Source: Tubulanus polymorphus
Taxonomy: Eukaryota; Animalia; Nemertea
NCBI RefSeq assembly: GCF_964204645.1
Contig: NC_134026.1
Location: forward strand, 8,331,950-8,395,949
Length of the DNA: 64,000 nt
Reading direction: 5' to 3'
Made by a program: the position numbers and the translations under genes. Below are positions 51,195 to 64,000 of this stretch, piece after piece. The notes under the pieces were generated by a model that was not told where the DNA came from, did not search any database, and saw only the letters and a program-made list of their open reading frames with translations. Position 1 is the stretch's first letter, and every line of letters starts with the position of its first letter.

Positions 51195-53495
51195 TATTAG
51201 GTGACACCCCTCGTAGAGTCCGCCCGGGGACTGACCTTGCGGCATGTCAAGTGCCAGGCACACAATTTTTTGAACTTTCTAAGATGCTTTCTGCTAATAA
51301 AAGTAAATCGTATCATTGATCATTCATCGATTTCCAATGACAAAATACCAGACTCTCCCACAGCTCAGTGTCAATACATCGGTATTAGTGCATGGCCGGA
51401 TTGAGAATGTACTCATAATTTAGAGTAAAATTATCTTCATCGAACAAAGATGCGCAATGAACCGATCATTTTAAATGTTGGGACTCAGAAATATGACGGC
51501 GGCGATTGCGATCGACGAAACTCTTTTTGCGTACAGTTTTAAAGAAGAGTCAAAGGAAGCCGAAATAGTCTATCGATATTACTTCGCCCGTCTGCACCAG
51601 CCCGTGATCTCATTCACATGGCCGTGGGCGCGCGCCTTTCAACCTCTCACGGATGTTCACAAATAATGTCACGCCTTTCCCGCATGCTTTATACCGAATG
51701 GACCGCTAAAGACCCCGAATTAAGTTCGCAGCCTCAAAAAGGCGTTTCATATATTCCGCTGGTGTCGCCGACAGGTGGCCTATACATCAAAACTAGCCAT
51801 TGGGTAGGGAAAAGGTTGTAAAGCTTTGATTATACATTTTAGATAGAATGGTGTTGTATGTTGAAAGTTGCCCGATGTAAATTTCGAAGGTAAAAAGTAT
51901 TTTGCTTTCCACAGTCCGGCCCGCACGAAGAATATCGAGATGGGCGAGATCCTAACCGTCAAGTGCTGCCCCTCAACCTGGTCGTTGGCGGTGAATATGC
52001 GAACTAAGTACTTATTACTTGCTGCAATAGATTTAGTTCGCATTTTCACCGTGATCGTTGTTCTATATCGAACCAGCAGCAGCACTGAACGGTCAAGACT
52101 CACACGTCGTGGAGGAGTGGACTCGACTAAAAATGCTCTAATTCTTGAAACACGAACAAGCTTTTTGTATCTTTTCTCTGATGCACCTCCCAAATTTACC
52201 ATTCAGCGCTTTAAGCGCAAGAAGATTAAAAAAGAAAATGTTTTCTTAGTCCTTCTTCACGTGTTTATCACAATTCCCCCTCCCAATTTTTTTAAGGATA
52301 TGTCCGTCTAGATGTTCAAATATTATGATGCTTACAAAAATTTATGTTCATCTGAATTTTCAATCTCGTGGTTGTAAAAAGTTAGTTTTTGCATTTCTCC
52401 CATTATTTGAATCAAATTTATCACATTTCCACGCATTTTTTTCTTTTTTACGTGGAAAAAACACAAATGATAGAAAAAGAATTCATGCGCATTTTTCGCG
52501 GTTCCCTTCCATTTTAAAACGTCTGTTATAGAATTTCTTTCAATTTCATCTTTCGCTCTCTCATTTTTTATTCTTGAAAAAAATCCGTACTGCAACTAAT
52601 CAAATAAGGCCGGTTACACATTGTCGAGTTGTTACGGAGGTCTGAATCGATTTTTTACCGGCAGCCGTTGTTTACATTAAATTGATGACGAAAATGATCG
52701 AAATTGCCTTTGAAATTCAGCGTCCAATAAATGAACGTTGGCGCATATCATTATGATTGGAATGATGGAGACTGTTCTTGAATGTGTATTCCGAATAAAA
52801 TCTATTGAAGTTATTGAAGTTACAATTTGTTTACACACATGCTACGCCCTTTTTACCGGAACGTATAGCGACATCAAACCAAAGCACTGCGAAGGACGGA
52901 GAAGATGCATACATGCATAACTTATCTAACTCTTTTATTATGATGTTTACGTATGGCCCTTCCCTTTATTTCTCACTACGGGGTCACCTTTCCTCCTAGT
53001 TAGTTGCCTAATCGTTGGTGGTAAGCTTCTATAATCGGATGGGCTTATGAAAATATCCGATCATGAAACTAAACCATAGACAGGTTACTGATTCACCTGC
53101 GTACCATAGGTGGGTGCACTGGAATCGTAGAACGACGATCACTGTGGAAACAACCACTTCACCACTTCCAGGACTGGGTGAAGTTTTTTTTTGGTTTTTT
53201 GGTTTACTTTCCTCGATCATCACCCGAACAACCATAACGGGGGTAATCAAATCCTTCATAAATCCACGAATTTATCTTAGAAATGGTGTACTAATGTATT
53301 TTGCGATGTCGTGTCCTATCCGCCAAACCTTCCATACTTCACATGTATACTAAATGCGCCATAATCAACTTCCGATATACAGCCATACTCTTAAATCCTG
53401 AATCACCGATGTGGGACGGAATATGAGGGGATGTGACTTATTTGATCCGAATGGAAAGTACCGTATTCCATACTGGATATGTACATGTACATCTA

Positions 53496-53683
53496 CAGTA
53501 AACCTCGCCTTACTCGGACAAGGCAATTTAACCATTTTTTGACTAACCCAGGACAAAAACGAAATCCTTTTTCTGACTTCCTACCGGTTTTTCCTATCCT
53601 TATATCGCGGACTTCGCTGACCTTGGCCGAATTTCAATTGACCTTGGCCTAAGTTTCTTGTCCGAGTTAGGCGAGGTTTACTG
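53496..53683. mobile_element. Tc1/mariner-type MITE
   Basis: ta|CAGTAAACCTCGCCT.ACTCGGACAAG ... CTTGTCCGAGTTAGGCGAGGTTTACTG|ta; degraded relative at ~30133-30266. Confidence 0.85.
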
Positions 53684-55220
53684 TACGACGGAATAACCTC
53701 ATTCGTCCCAGATCAGGTTCACTCTGTTGTTCTCTCCACAGGAATGACGAAGAGGGGATATGTCGTAACGACGTTCTATTGGAGTAACTTTCCCTCAACT
53801 TCATCGCAATCCATAAAATAGTTAATGTCTATTTGCCCAAACGACACGAGGGGCAAACAATCGAAACGACTAAATAAAACGCTGCCGATTAACTTTGAAA
53901 ACAATTTTTATTTGTTTTTTTTTCAGATGTTGCACATATTACACTAGACTGCATATTGTCCTACACAGTGTGAAAACAGTTCATTTTAAAAACAAAGTTA
54001 AAAATAATGACATTGTCCACATTTTTGCTAATCGATTCACACTGTGACAAGCCAAGAATCATTGACCTATTTGTTTTTGTTTCTAAAAACTCTTCACGCT
54101 GATGCCCCAATGTCAACAGGTATTTAGTAAGTTTACATTTTAAGCTAAAATCCACTTTTATTTTGTACACATGAATTTGGCACAGACGTCGCTGCGGTGA
54201 CCTTGACCTTTCGTTTATTCGCGTATTGACGCGCGTAACGAAAACGAAAGTCACCTTTCAGACTGCTTCTTCGATTTTATGGAAATATCGGTAAAACTGC
54301 CCATCTTATGATTTAAAACTAGGTAATTAGCACTTCATACGTAGAAATTTTCATTCTTTGTCTTCTAGATCATTCAAATTCTTCTTCCGAAAAGACGCGA
54401 ACTATCAAATGGTTTTATTTTTAACCGATCAAATGACGACCTACACCTAAAGTTGAGCTTTTACAATTGTTATCACAAAAACTTGGTCGAGTAAAAAAAG
54501 ACCACAACAATATCTTTGGTATATCATTGCTTAATGCTGTACAAAATGCTACAAGGATTCCTGTCATGCTTCGTAACTATACAGCCCACTCTTGATTATC
54601 CAAACACATGATGATTATTAGCAATCAATTATGTAATTATACCTTTTTATAAATAATAATATTCAATAAATCAATAAAAATTACCCTGAATTATATTTAT
54701 TTATTATTATCATCGTCATCATTATTATTATTATTCATATTTCGTTTCTGATTATCGAATTCGAGAGAGAGAAGCTATCCTAGTTTTAACTAATCACTAC
54801 AATAATATCAATACATTGTCTCGGGGCGACGACGCTCCGTTCGGTTCTGGATAATCTAAGAGTCCACTGTAAAACATCGGGCACTCCTCGCGCCGAGCCT
54901 CGATTTCCTAGTATGCATATATTATTAAACTCCGAGAGAGAGAGATGTCATGTTCGCGACCACCGAGCGCGTCGTCGACGAGGAGCGCCCGAAATGACAT
55001 GGGCTTTTTTACCGAGGACTTTTACAGTTTGAATGTCTCGAAATGTCTACAACACATATACACAAGTAACGTGTAGCAACGGTTTTCCTAGAGTCTATAC
55101 GCCATATACATCGGTTTAAAACGGTTATCATCAATTCATCGATTTCGTTTTCTACGGGTATTTTATCCGACGGCCACCCGAGCCGCCATATGGGAAGATG
55201 CTCAACATCCGACTTATACA

Positions 55221-55224
<4 letters not shown>

Positions 55225-55282
<58 letters not shown>
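55225..55282. repeat. (TA)n microsatellite
   Basis: TA run. Confidence 0.95.
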
Positions 55283-55290
<8 letters not shown>

Positions 55291-55774
55291 TTATATATAT
55301 GGTTACAATTTTCCCGATCGGTTTTAAAACAACTACATCGATAGGTGCAAAATCCGGTTTCATCGCGATGAATATCGTTTTATTAAAACCTTTTTTTTTG
55401 GTTTTCTTGTAATAATCAAAGTGAAAAACGCTCCATGCATATTCCAGCACTTTTTTTTAAGTAACAACATAGTGGCTTACAAATTATGTACACGGCACTC
55501 TACATGATTTCTGAAGTCTGAATGCATGTATATATTCATTCATTATCATCATCATCATTTACTAAATCTGAATAATTTTTCGCTCTAAAGTTACTTTTGG
55601 CTCGATGATTTTTTTTACAAGTAGATGAGTTGCTACGGATTTTTCCCCCTCTAAAAACAGCCTAGAAACGAAGATACTAGTGAATAGTTCGATACATTAT
55701 TACTTGCATAACTGAATTGTCAACGGATCATACTCGACATGATCAACCATACACCCACCGTTCTGATTTTAATA

Positions 55775-55776
<2 letters not shown>

Positions 55777-55853
<77 letters not shown>
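55777..55853. repeat. (TA)n microsatellite
   Basis: TA run. Confidence 0.95.
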
Positions 55854-55856
<3 letters not shown>

Positions 55857-56037
55857 ACGCGTTACTCCATCCTCCCTTGCGCGGGATCGAAAACGCCCGA
55901 CGGCCGTAAGAAGCCCTGAGCCTACCGGGTTCGGATGCCGGCGAGAGAAGATGGCGTACAACTCATGTTTAAGGTGCATTTTGTGCAATATACAAAAAAA
56001 CCCCGTACATTATGACAGCATTAATCTACATATAATA

Positions 56038-56040
<3 letters not shown>

Positions 56041-56098
<58 letters not shown>
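56041..56098. repeat. (TA)n microsatellite
   Basis: TA run. Confidence 0.95.
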
Positions 56099-56100
<2 letters not shown>

Positions 56101-57077
56101 GGGCGCGCTAATACCAGGGAAGAACACTAAAACCTATACAGCTTTCATGGTAGGACATATTCAGACAACCCTCTCTCTCCCGTTTTTTTTAACACTGGAA
56201 GCTAACAGATCCGCGAAAATAAAAAACATTTTTACGATACTTATTATCACTTTCAGTACCTCGCGTGAACTTTGCAACGGTCACCACGTAGCGAGTGAGC
56301 TTGAGTGCATATACACCGAATATTCCAGTTATACTTGTTTCCTGTACGAACGAACGCACGACACGCAAGAATAGCCTCGGTATGTTTTAGATTAAAATTC
56401 AAAATATTTCTTCTTTTTCTAAGTGTAGTAGTAGTCTCGAAAACACAACAAAATCGATAATATATATTCACACACAGGTTATATATAAAAAATTTGATTG
56501 TTTCAAGAAAACCCGGAGAGCGAAGACCCGAACTTCATATAAAACGAGAGATACAAGTTGATGATATGTCACTACCTAAACTACGTACGGTAATTGCCAA
56601 TTTCGGTATGGATGATAGTTTCGAACTGATAGTAACAGCGTACTTTCTGTACAAATGATGTTACACGGTCAACGAAAGCCTGTACAATATGGTAATATAA
56701 GAACAGGCGAAAAAAACCAGGAAATAAAAAATCCTGAATGTCGGACGCGAAACTTTAAAAAAAAGCGTCCGCTTCCGTAAATTCCGGCGCGGGAAAAGCC
56801 GATTTTAAAATTTTGCGCACGAAAAACGCGTCGGAATAAAAAATAACAACTCGTTTCGTAATTAATAATCGTGGATACGTAATAAAATGGATCAATCGAT
56901 AGGTTAAGAGTTTTTTAAGAGTTTTTTTTTTTAGAATATCGTTAAAATGGCGTACACGACGCGAGTGAATTCGTGCGGGTTACCATTGGAAGAACAGTGC
57001 AGTCTAGGCTACTGTGAACGTGATGTTTCGTTTTATGCGCAACTCTTATCGAGTTTTTGAAGCATTGATTACGAATT

Positions 57078-57079
<2 letters not shown>

Positions 57080-57143
<64 letters not shown>
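57080..57143. repeat. (TA)n microsatellite
   Basis: TA run. Confidence 0.95.
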
Positions 57144-57148
<5 letters not shown>

Positions 57149-58037
57149 CATTATATCCTTTGTACAGCATGCAATGAAATTAAAGATGACATGAGATGAC
57201 ACACTAATAATTATAATATAATATAATAAAATGACACAACAAATCGTTTTCTTCTGCTTCAGAGATCATACACAAAGACGGATAACAAATTCACACGTCA
57301 CGTCGTAAAATGTTGTTTTTTTTGCCTCCTTCACGGATAATACAATACATGTATACGCGAAAAACATATACATATACATATATATATATATATATACACC
57401 GATGATAATATATATAATTATTAAAAATCCCAAGAAGCGCACGCACACGCATTCACACACATGCGCGGAATAATGTCCGCTTAATATTATATATCATATT
57501 CTCACATTCTTATATATGTATATATATACATATATATAAGACATGAAATAGAGTCCAACAACATCAGTATACCAACACAGGTTAAAATTTTAAAACATGT
57601 ATATTTTTTACACACACAAGTTTAAGCTATAAGTACATAATAATAATAATAATAATAATAATAATAGTTCGATCATCCCCGTCCCGCCCCTGTACGAAAA
57701 CGCGCGTTTGACGAGAGAAATATATGTTCATTCGTTGTTGTGTGTCTGGCGACGCTTCGTGAGTGAAAGAAAGGATAAAGACAGACAGAGATAGATAGTT
57801 AGAGATAGAGAGAGCATGATCGTAAAGTATATCGTCAACAGAAGCATAAAATCTGGTCTCGATGATTATTATTAACGTATATAGATTTTCCGTCCGAGTG
57901 ATAAAACCTCGCGTTAAAAAACAAAACGTCTTTGTGTATGAGCTTCTTCGCGATGTTCGATGTAAACATGTTCCGGCGCGCGCTATCACGCGGAGATGAT
58001 TCGGCGCCCAGTCAAATTTTGGCCCGCGTCTAATTAG

Positions 58038-58234
58038 AGCACGCGATCACACGTAGACCACTCATTCGATACTAAACAATGCATAAACAAAGCGAAGTGA
58101 GTCACTTCCGCAACCAGTTGTTTTTTTAAAAGCAATAACTTAACCCGTGCCAAAATTTGGCCCACTTGGCACCCGTATGGTTGGTTGTTCGGCGCTGAAT
58201 TTGGTTCGGGACAAAATGATCATGTGATCGCGGC
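58038..58234. mobile_element. PIF/Harbinger-like MITE (within putative 3'UTR)
   Basis: cgcgatcacac ... atgtgatcgcggct termini plus the shared internal block. Confidence 0.65.
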
Positions 58235-58513
58235 TCGTGGCTCTCGACTGCGTTTAGGATTGAAGGACACGCTCTTCAGCCGATGAAGCGCGCGCCTTGA
58301 ACACACGTGCGCGTTGACGCGCATCGCATCGAAATCGAAGAGATAGAACACTGGACACTTCGTCCATTAACAAAAAATCCCACAGACGCCCCTCCGAATG
58401 CTATACACAAAATATATCATCGTTACAATAGTATTGTATATTATGATTGGTTTATGATAGAAAGGGAACCGTCGTAAATAGTCCCGATACAAGATATTGC
58501 TTTCAATTCATCT

Positions 58514-58518
<5 letters not shown>

Positions 58519-58590
<72 letters not shown>
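58519..58590. repeat. (TA)n microsatellite
   Basis: TA run. Confidence 0.95.
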
Positions 58591-58596
<6 letters not shown>

Positions 58597-58696
58597 TAAT
58601 ATTACGAATACACACTCCAACAGTTTGAGGAGAAATATGGCTGACTGTACATTGACAAGAAATAAAGCTTATAGCACATCAGCATATGTAATTATG

Positions 58697-58733
<37 letters not shown>

Positions 58734-60184
58734 TAATAGTAATATCAATATATAATGATGCATATACATGCATGGATATGCTTGAGACAGGGTCGATTTT
58801 TTTTCGATTTTGTACAAAAAGCGTCGTTTTTCGCAGTATACACTATCATTATTCGTTATCATTGTTTCCTTTTTTTTAAAATCATAAATCAGAAAAAAAC
58901 GGTTGTCATGGATGAAGATTAACCAACGATACATATTATCAGTATATAACCACTTGTCCAACACACTGAATTATCAATAATGAACCACATCAACATTCGC
59001 AATCATATATCTATTAATAAATCGTCATTTTTACTGACTCATTAAGCTAATAACACGCGTGTTTCGTAAATAAAAAATTCCGCGTCGAGAAAAAGAAATC
59101 GCGCCCCCTCTCCGTTTTCGGAAGAAACCGTAGTTGGGAGTCGGGGAGTCGATGAATGCCGCTATTTTTTGTGACCGTTGGACCGAATATACAAGGTTGA
59201 TAGTCTGAGCTTTCAGATTTTCTCCTCCTATCTTAATTCAACTAGAATATAATTTAATTACCTAATTTACACTACGGAAATCAACACTAATGGTTACAAT
59301 CAAAATGCAACCAGGGTTTCGTACAGTTACATCAATAATGATAGTAATAATAATAATAATCATTAATAGCATGTCGCGGAAAGTGATATCTTAACAAATA
59401 GAAATCCATAAATTAATTACCGTCATAATTTTTCATTTCTTTTTCAACAAAAAAAAGTACAATAATAAAAAATATCAACAAAATATGACTTGAGGCAGGA
59501 GAATTACAGTTATTTCGTCTAAAAAGTCTACGCTTCATCAATTTACATTTATTACTAATTAGTTAATTAATTAACTGATAAATTACTAGGCATAATTGGT
59601 TGATCGTGATCATAATTACTACTACTCGGCGGCCGCAAGATGATGATTACCAATGCCGCTTTCGATTGTTCGTGTGAATTTTCTTGCGTCCGCGCTAAAA
59701 CTACGCGACGATATCAAAGTATTTTCCGTTTAATGACGAACAAGTCAGCCATTCGTTTAGAAAGGAAAGAAAAACCGTCACCTCAACCGCGTCCGCGAGT
59801 TCACTCGATTCGTCGAGCCGCGCTCGGGATGTCGACCTTCTCGATTCGCAAGACATATCAGTATGCGAACGAATTCATAAACGTTAAACGCCATTTTCGC
59901 CACGATTTCGACGTAAACCGATATCGTCATTTTGGGTTTTTTTTGCACGAGAAATACGAACGAATGGAACGGACGAAAACAGAAAATCGTCGCTATGAAA
60001 TACTGAACCATGACCGCGCGGAAAAAAAATGTACAAAAAAAAACTGGTCAGACATTATCGCCCTGTATAGAGAATATATGCATAATATGTGTATACACCG
60101 TACACCAACAATATGTATGTACAGTGTATATGTACATAATAATATATATTATTCATATATGTATATATATTTTTTGTTTTCATC

Positions 60185-60194
<10 letters not shown>

Positions 60195-60255
<61 letters not shown>
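60195..60255. repeat. (TA)n microsatellite
   Basis: TA run. Confidence 0.95.
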
Positions 60256-60259
<4 letters not shown>

Positions 60260-60421
60260 TCATGAGTCAATGTATATAATAATCATAATAATAATCATAA
60301 TAATAATAATTCGCCATTCATACAGTCAAGAAGAGACACCCTCCACCATACTGCTGGAGAGATCATTATCTCCTTAGTTTTTTTTTTTATAAACCATTAT
60401 CAGTTGAAATGTGTCCGTGGC

Positions 60422-60469
60422 TCAGAAGTTGCGTAAGTACCCTCCTTGGCTAGATCCACCCATTCCAGC
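60422..60469 (-). CDS. Start of the terminal exon of the same gene; encodes alternative C-terminus AGMGGSSQGGYLRNF* if the 62606-62655 exon is skipped
   Basis: Acceptor gctattttcag| at 60470, phase-0 open frame of 15 codons to TGA, followed by long AT-rich UTR-like sequence. Confidence 0.5.
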   Translation of the reverse strand, partial: AGMGGSSQGGYLRNF

Positions 60470-60792
60470 CTGAAAATAGCAACAAAAAAAAACATGACAT
60501 TAGCACGACTCATCAAAGCATATCAAATTAGCAAATAACGTTTCAGAAAAACTCGAGATTCGATTGGAAATATACTTCATAAATTGATATAATTTTCAAC
60601 ATTTTTAAGAACCAATTCGACTCGCAAAATATGAAATTTCAGATACGTTTCTAATGCGTATGCAAATATTCCAAATCTTTCCGAATCAACTTATCAAAAT
60701 TTAACGAAATCAATCAGGCAAATTGATAGCTTTTATACTTGCTATGTCTTTATACAGCATGGAGTACATGTACATACCGCAAATTTAATACT

Positions 60793-60794
<2 letters not shown>

Positions 60795-60852
<58 letters not shown>
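60795..60852. repeat. (TA)n microsatellite
   Basis: TA run. Confidence 0.95.
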
Positions 60853-60853
<1 letters not shown>

Positions 60854-61202
60854 TACAACCTAAGTAAATGTGGTGGGGTTTATATATGAAATATGAGCGG
60901 ATGAATGATCATAACTGAACAGTAGCTACGGCGATGATGATGATGATGATGAAAGGAATGAATAACCCGCAGTGGAACTTCGATCGGTATAGATTATCGG
61001 AATTCAGGGATGGACAGGTATCGTCGCTACACGCCGCTAGAGATTATCTAATAGATTTTGGATTTTCACCCGCCGCACGCTATCGCCATCTGGGAGTCGA
61101 GGACTAGGAGACTAGTTACTAGTCACAGTATACTGGTCACCTGATACGTACACTCATCTGCACAACCAATTCTCAAACTAAATGCAAGCATACCGGCGCT
61201 AT

Positions 61203-61519
61203 AGCCGCGATCACACAGAGACGATTTGGCCCCGGCCAGATCGGCGCGGATCAAATTCGGCCCCTGCCTAATAAGAGAACGGTTCACATATAAACCACTC
61301 ATTCGATACTAATCAATGCTGTAACAAAGCGAAGCGAATCACTTCTGAAACCTGTAGCAATTCACACGCCAAAAATTTGACCCATGCTAAACTTTGGCTC
61401 GGGCCTGGCCCGACATTTTTGGCTCGGCCAAATGAGGCCCAGGCCAAACAGGCATGGACTCAATTGGCATCCGAGTTTAATAGTTGTTCCGGGCCAAAAA
61501 CGCTTGTGTAATCGTGGCT
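61203..61519. mobile_element. PIF/Harbinger-like MITE
   Basis: AGCCGCGATCACAC ... GTGTAATCGTGGCT termini plus the shared internal block. Confidence 0.75.
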
Positions 61520-61613
61520 TATGTTCACACTAACATTCAGACTTTGAATTTCTCATCTGCATTGCCAGAATATACTTCACCAGAATGTATTCCAAAGGTT
61601 CACATTGCTTTAA

Positions 61614-61887
61614 CCATTTCAGTGTGTCTACACCGCAGTGCCGTGTACAAATCAGGGATGGACCTTGCTAGTACAATGCATTGCAGTGTATTGATGTTAT
61701 AAGTAATTAGTTATCTCTATTGAAAGATGGCAGCACCTTTCAAACATAGTGGTATATTAGTAACTGACGATACGCTGCGCCGTAGAGTAGATGCACTAAA
61801 GCATTGTGCCCGTTATTCAACGCACTGGGCTCGGATCATCAAAATTCTCCAGCACTTTCGGGTATTAATAAGTCAGCACTGAAAGGC
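61614..61887 (+). mobile_element. piggyBac-type MITE, diverged copy inserted in a degenerate ccagaata tandem array
   Basis: ttaa|ccatttcagtg ... gcactgaaaggc|ttaa. Confidence 0.8.
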
Positions 61888-62257
61888 TTAATGTGTATCG
61901 TCAAAATACCAAATGCAAGGGGTATTTATCACTAGAATGAACATTTTCTGGGGATAAGTATTGCAAAGATGTACATGGCCAGGATATGTATTGCCAGAAT
62001 ACACATTTCCAGACTATGTAATATCCAAAAATATGTATTTGGCATGAATATTTATCCCTGAAATATGCATTGCTAGAATACGTCGCCAAAAAATATAGTA
62101 GCAGAATTTGGGCTCGCTATGACCAAGACGCCAGTTAGAGTGAACGCAGCATTTAACACGAAACGCCATGCTTCTAAAGTCATCAAAGCGAAATAATAAC
62201 AATAACAACAACAAGAGGAAACAAAAAAAAGAAAATACAAAAAACATCAAGAAAAAT

Positions 62258-62261
<4 letters not shown>

Positions 62262-62322
<61 letters not shown>

Positions 62323-62323
62323 A

Positions 62324-62362
<39 letters not shown>

Positions 62363-62401
62363 GTAGTAGTAATAGGTAGTAGTAGTAGTAGGTAGTAGTA
62401 G
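62262..62401. repeat. (AGT)n microsatellite
   Basis: Long, slightly interrupted AGT run; source of the poly-Y and poly-L ORFs. Confidence 0.95.
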
Positions 62402-62625
62402 ATGCAGGGATTTGTTTGTGCCACGGCCTGTTCTACAATCACTCAAATATTCTCTACTAGGAAAAGCGACTCTAAATGTTTTTTTCTACGAAACTAAACG
62501 TATGAATACATCGTACAATTAACAATCTCTCCTATATTTCGCCGGTGGTTGTAGAAGTAGTAATAGTAGAAGTTGTATTATAGTAAGAAAAAAAAGATTG
62601 AATACCTCGTTTTTTACAATCCAGT

Positions 62626-62655
62626 TCAGTGGAAGCCACTTTGTATCAAGGCGCC
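62626..62655 (-). CDS. Stop-containing penultimate exon (GALIQSGFH*) of a Musashi-like RNA-binding protein gene; exon spans 62606-62655
   Basis: Branch point and polypyrimidine tract cactgatcccatgctttcccatgtccccctgcag precede GGC GCC TTG ATA CAA AGT GGC TTC CAC TGA, then 20 nt, then donor GAG|gtattc. The peptide resembles the Musashi C-terminus GPLIATAFTNGYH*. Identity is inferred from only 9 residues plus gene architecture. Confidence 0.55.
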   Translation of the reverse strand, partial: GALIQSGFH

Positions 62656-63665
62656 CTGCAGGGGGACATGGGAAAGCATGGGATCAGTGCAAATGTCAAA
62701 AGCGAAGCTCTTCTCTCGCGAAAACGAGAGGCGAAAATGGCAAGATCTGTCTCTAGTATTTTTCTATTTTAGTATATCATATACCTTTTAAGCACGATTA
62801 GATAACGCGTATGAAAAATATCGCACACATACTAACGCATACACACACGCACAAACACGCGCGGATCAATCGGAGAAATGCGAACGGCGTTGAGACCATT
62901 AACAAAAATCTGTATCATTCATTTAGTAACAAACCGATTGAAGTTAATCTCTCGGTAATCCCCAAATGGGAAATTTCGTTCGGCGATATATCATGGCAGA
63001 AAGATTGATATATTTTGTCGAAATTACTCCAGTGTGCTATGCGCGCATTAATCTCGAAATCTGATTGAATTTTCATTTTTGGAAACGGTCCCTCGGCTAA
63101 TTACGAAACGGCGACATGAAAAGGAAATCATCATCATCGTCATCATCATCTTGCCTTGAGTACAAAGTGAAACGGAGACAGACACCGGCGCAAACGAGGT
63201 CGCTAACAAGGTCCTGGGCTGAAGTTCCGAAAAAAGTCATCGAACCATGGCGGTAAAAAAGAGTTTGAATTACCAGAAGACGTGAAATCGATTCCGGCTA
63301 TCGACTACGGGAGTCGTTCGTTTTTCGAAAATGACATCCAAGTCAGTTTTATCATCTCGAAACAAATGGAAATTCAATAAAACGCCATCGTTTTTCGTCT
63401 CGCGCGTCGTGATTCGAAATCAGACGAGTTGGATTAATAAAATTTCCACTGGCGTCGCGAGTGCATACACGCCCGCGCGCGCCCACGTCGTTCAGCCATA
63501 TCTGATTGTTCGTCGAAGCATGGCCTCTGCGATAATGGAACGATTCGACTTAACGGCCGGCGCGGTTTTTCGAAATCTTAATTCTATCCGCGATGACTGT
63601 CAATTTGGAAGAGAGTGTTCTAATTGAGGTCGATGGATAGATGAACATTCATCGACAACTCTTAA

Positions 63666-64000
63666 CCCTTTCAGTGCTGACTCACTAATAAGTGCTGGAG
63701 ATAATTTGAAAATTTTTGAAATATCGACCCCAGAAGGTTGAATAACAGGCATACCGCTTTAGTGCCTCTACACTGCGGTGCGGTGTATTCTTAGTAATAT
63801 TTCACCATGTATGACAGGTGCTACCATCTTTCGATAGAGATTAGGACTTATAACTTAACACATGAATACACTGCAGTGTCTACTCTGCGGTGCAGTGTAT
63901 TGTAAATAGGTAATATTTTACTATGTTTGACAGGTGCTGCCATCTTTCAATAAAGATAAGGACTTATTACTAAACACATCAATACACCGCAGTGTGTCTA
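63666..64000 (-). mobile_element. piggyBac-type MITE with internal duplication, runs off the window
   Basis: ttaa|CCCTTTCAGTGCTGAC; the block tgacaggtgct.ccatctttc...ggacttat occurs twice. Confidence 0.75.

Larger units (their letters stand above)
53900..60421 (-). other. Putative long 3'UTR of the Musashi-like gene
   Basis: No credible coding exons. U-rich on the minus strand with many (TA)n and (ATT)n tracts. Minus-strand AATAAA candidates near 54414-54419 and 53907-53912; true end unknown. Confidence 0.4.

Noticed and set aside
51780-52311. Overlapping 147-aa (+) and 140-aa (-) ORFs
   Set aside because: No recognisable motifs or convincing splice context; the plus ORF starts at a non-ATG codon.
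59640-60377. Longest ORF in the track (245 aa, +)
   Set aside because: Runs through (TA)n and (ATA)n microsatellites, shows no domain, and is antisense to the putative 3'UTR.

Overview
Eukaryotic, AT-rich, intron-dense animal DNA, most likely from a marine invertebrate (lophotrochozoan-like repeat landscape; inference). Almost all entries in the ORF track are spurious or are single exons. Four transcription units are supported. (1) The first coding exon of a TGF-beta-superfamily ligand (minus strand, 5257-5584; the rest lies left of the window). (2) A near-complete CC2D2A/MKS6 ciliary transition-zone gene (minus, 41 phase-consistent exons traced by eye, 15051-48425). (3) A candidate 5-microexon gene on the plus strand encoding a 47-aa peptide, head-to-head with CC2D2A and absent from the ORF track (49223-50966). 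(4) The 3' end of a minus-strand gene resembling Musashi, with two alternative C-termini and a multi-kb (TA)n-rich 3'UTR. Introns and intergenic DNA carry many non-autonomous elements: piggyBac-, Tc1/mariner-, Harbinger- and Helentron-type elements, and Penelope-like remnants with hammerhead-ribozyme cores. A decayed antisense Tudor-domain fragment lies in the largest CC2D2A intron. All calls were made by manual reading; no database searches were run.
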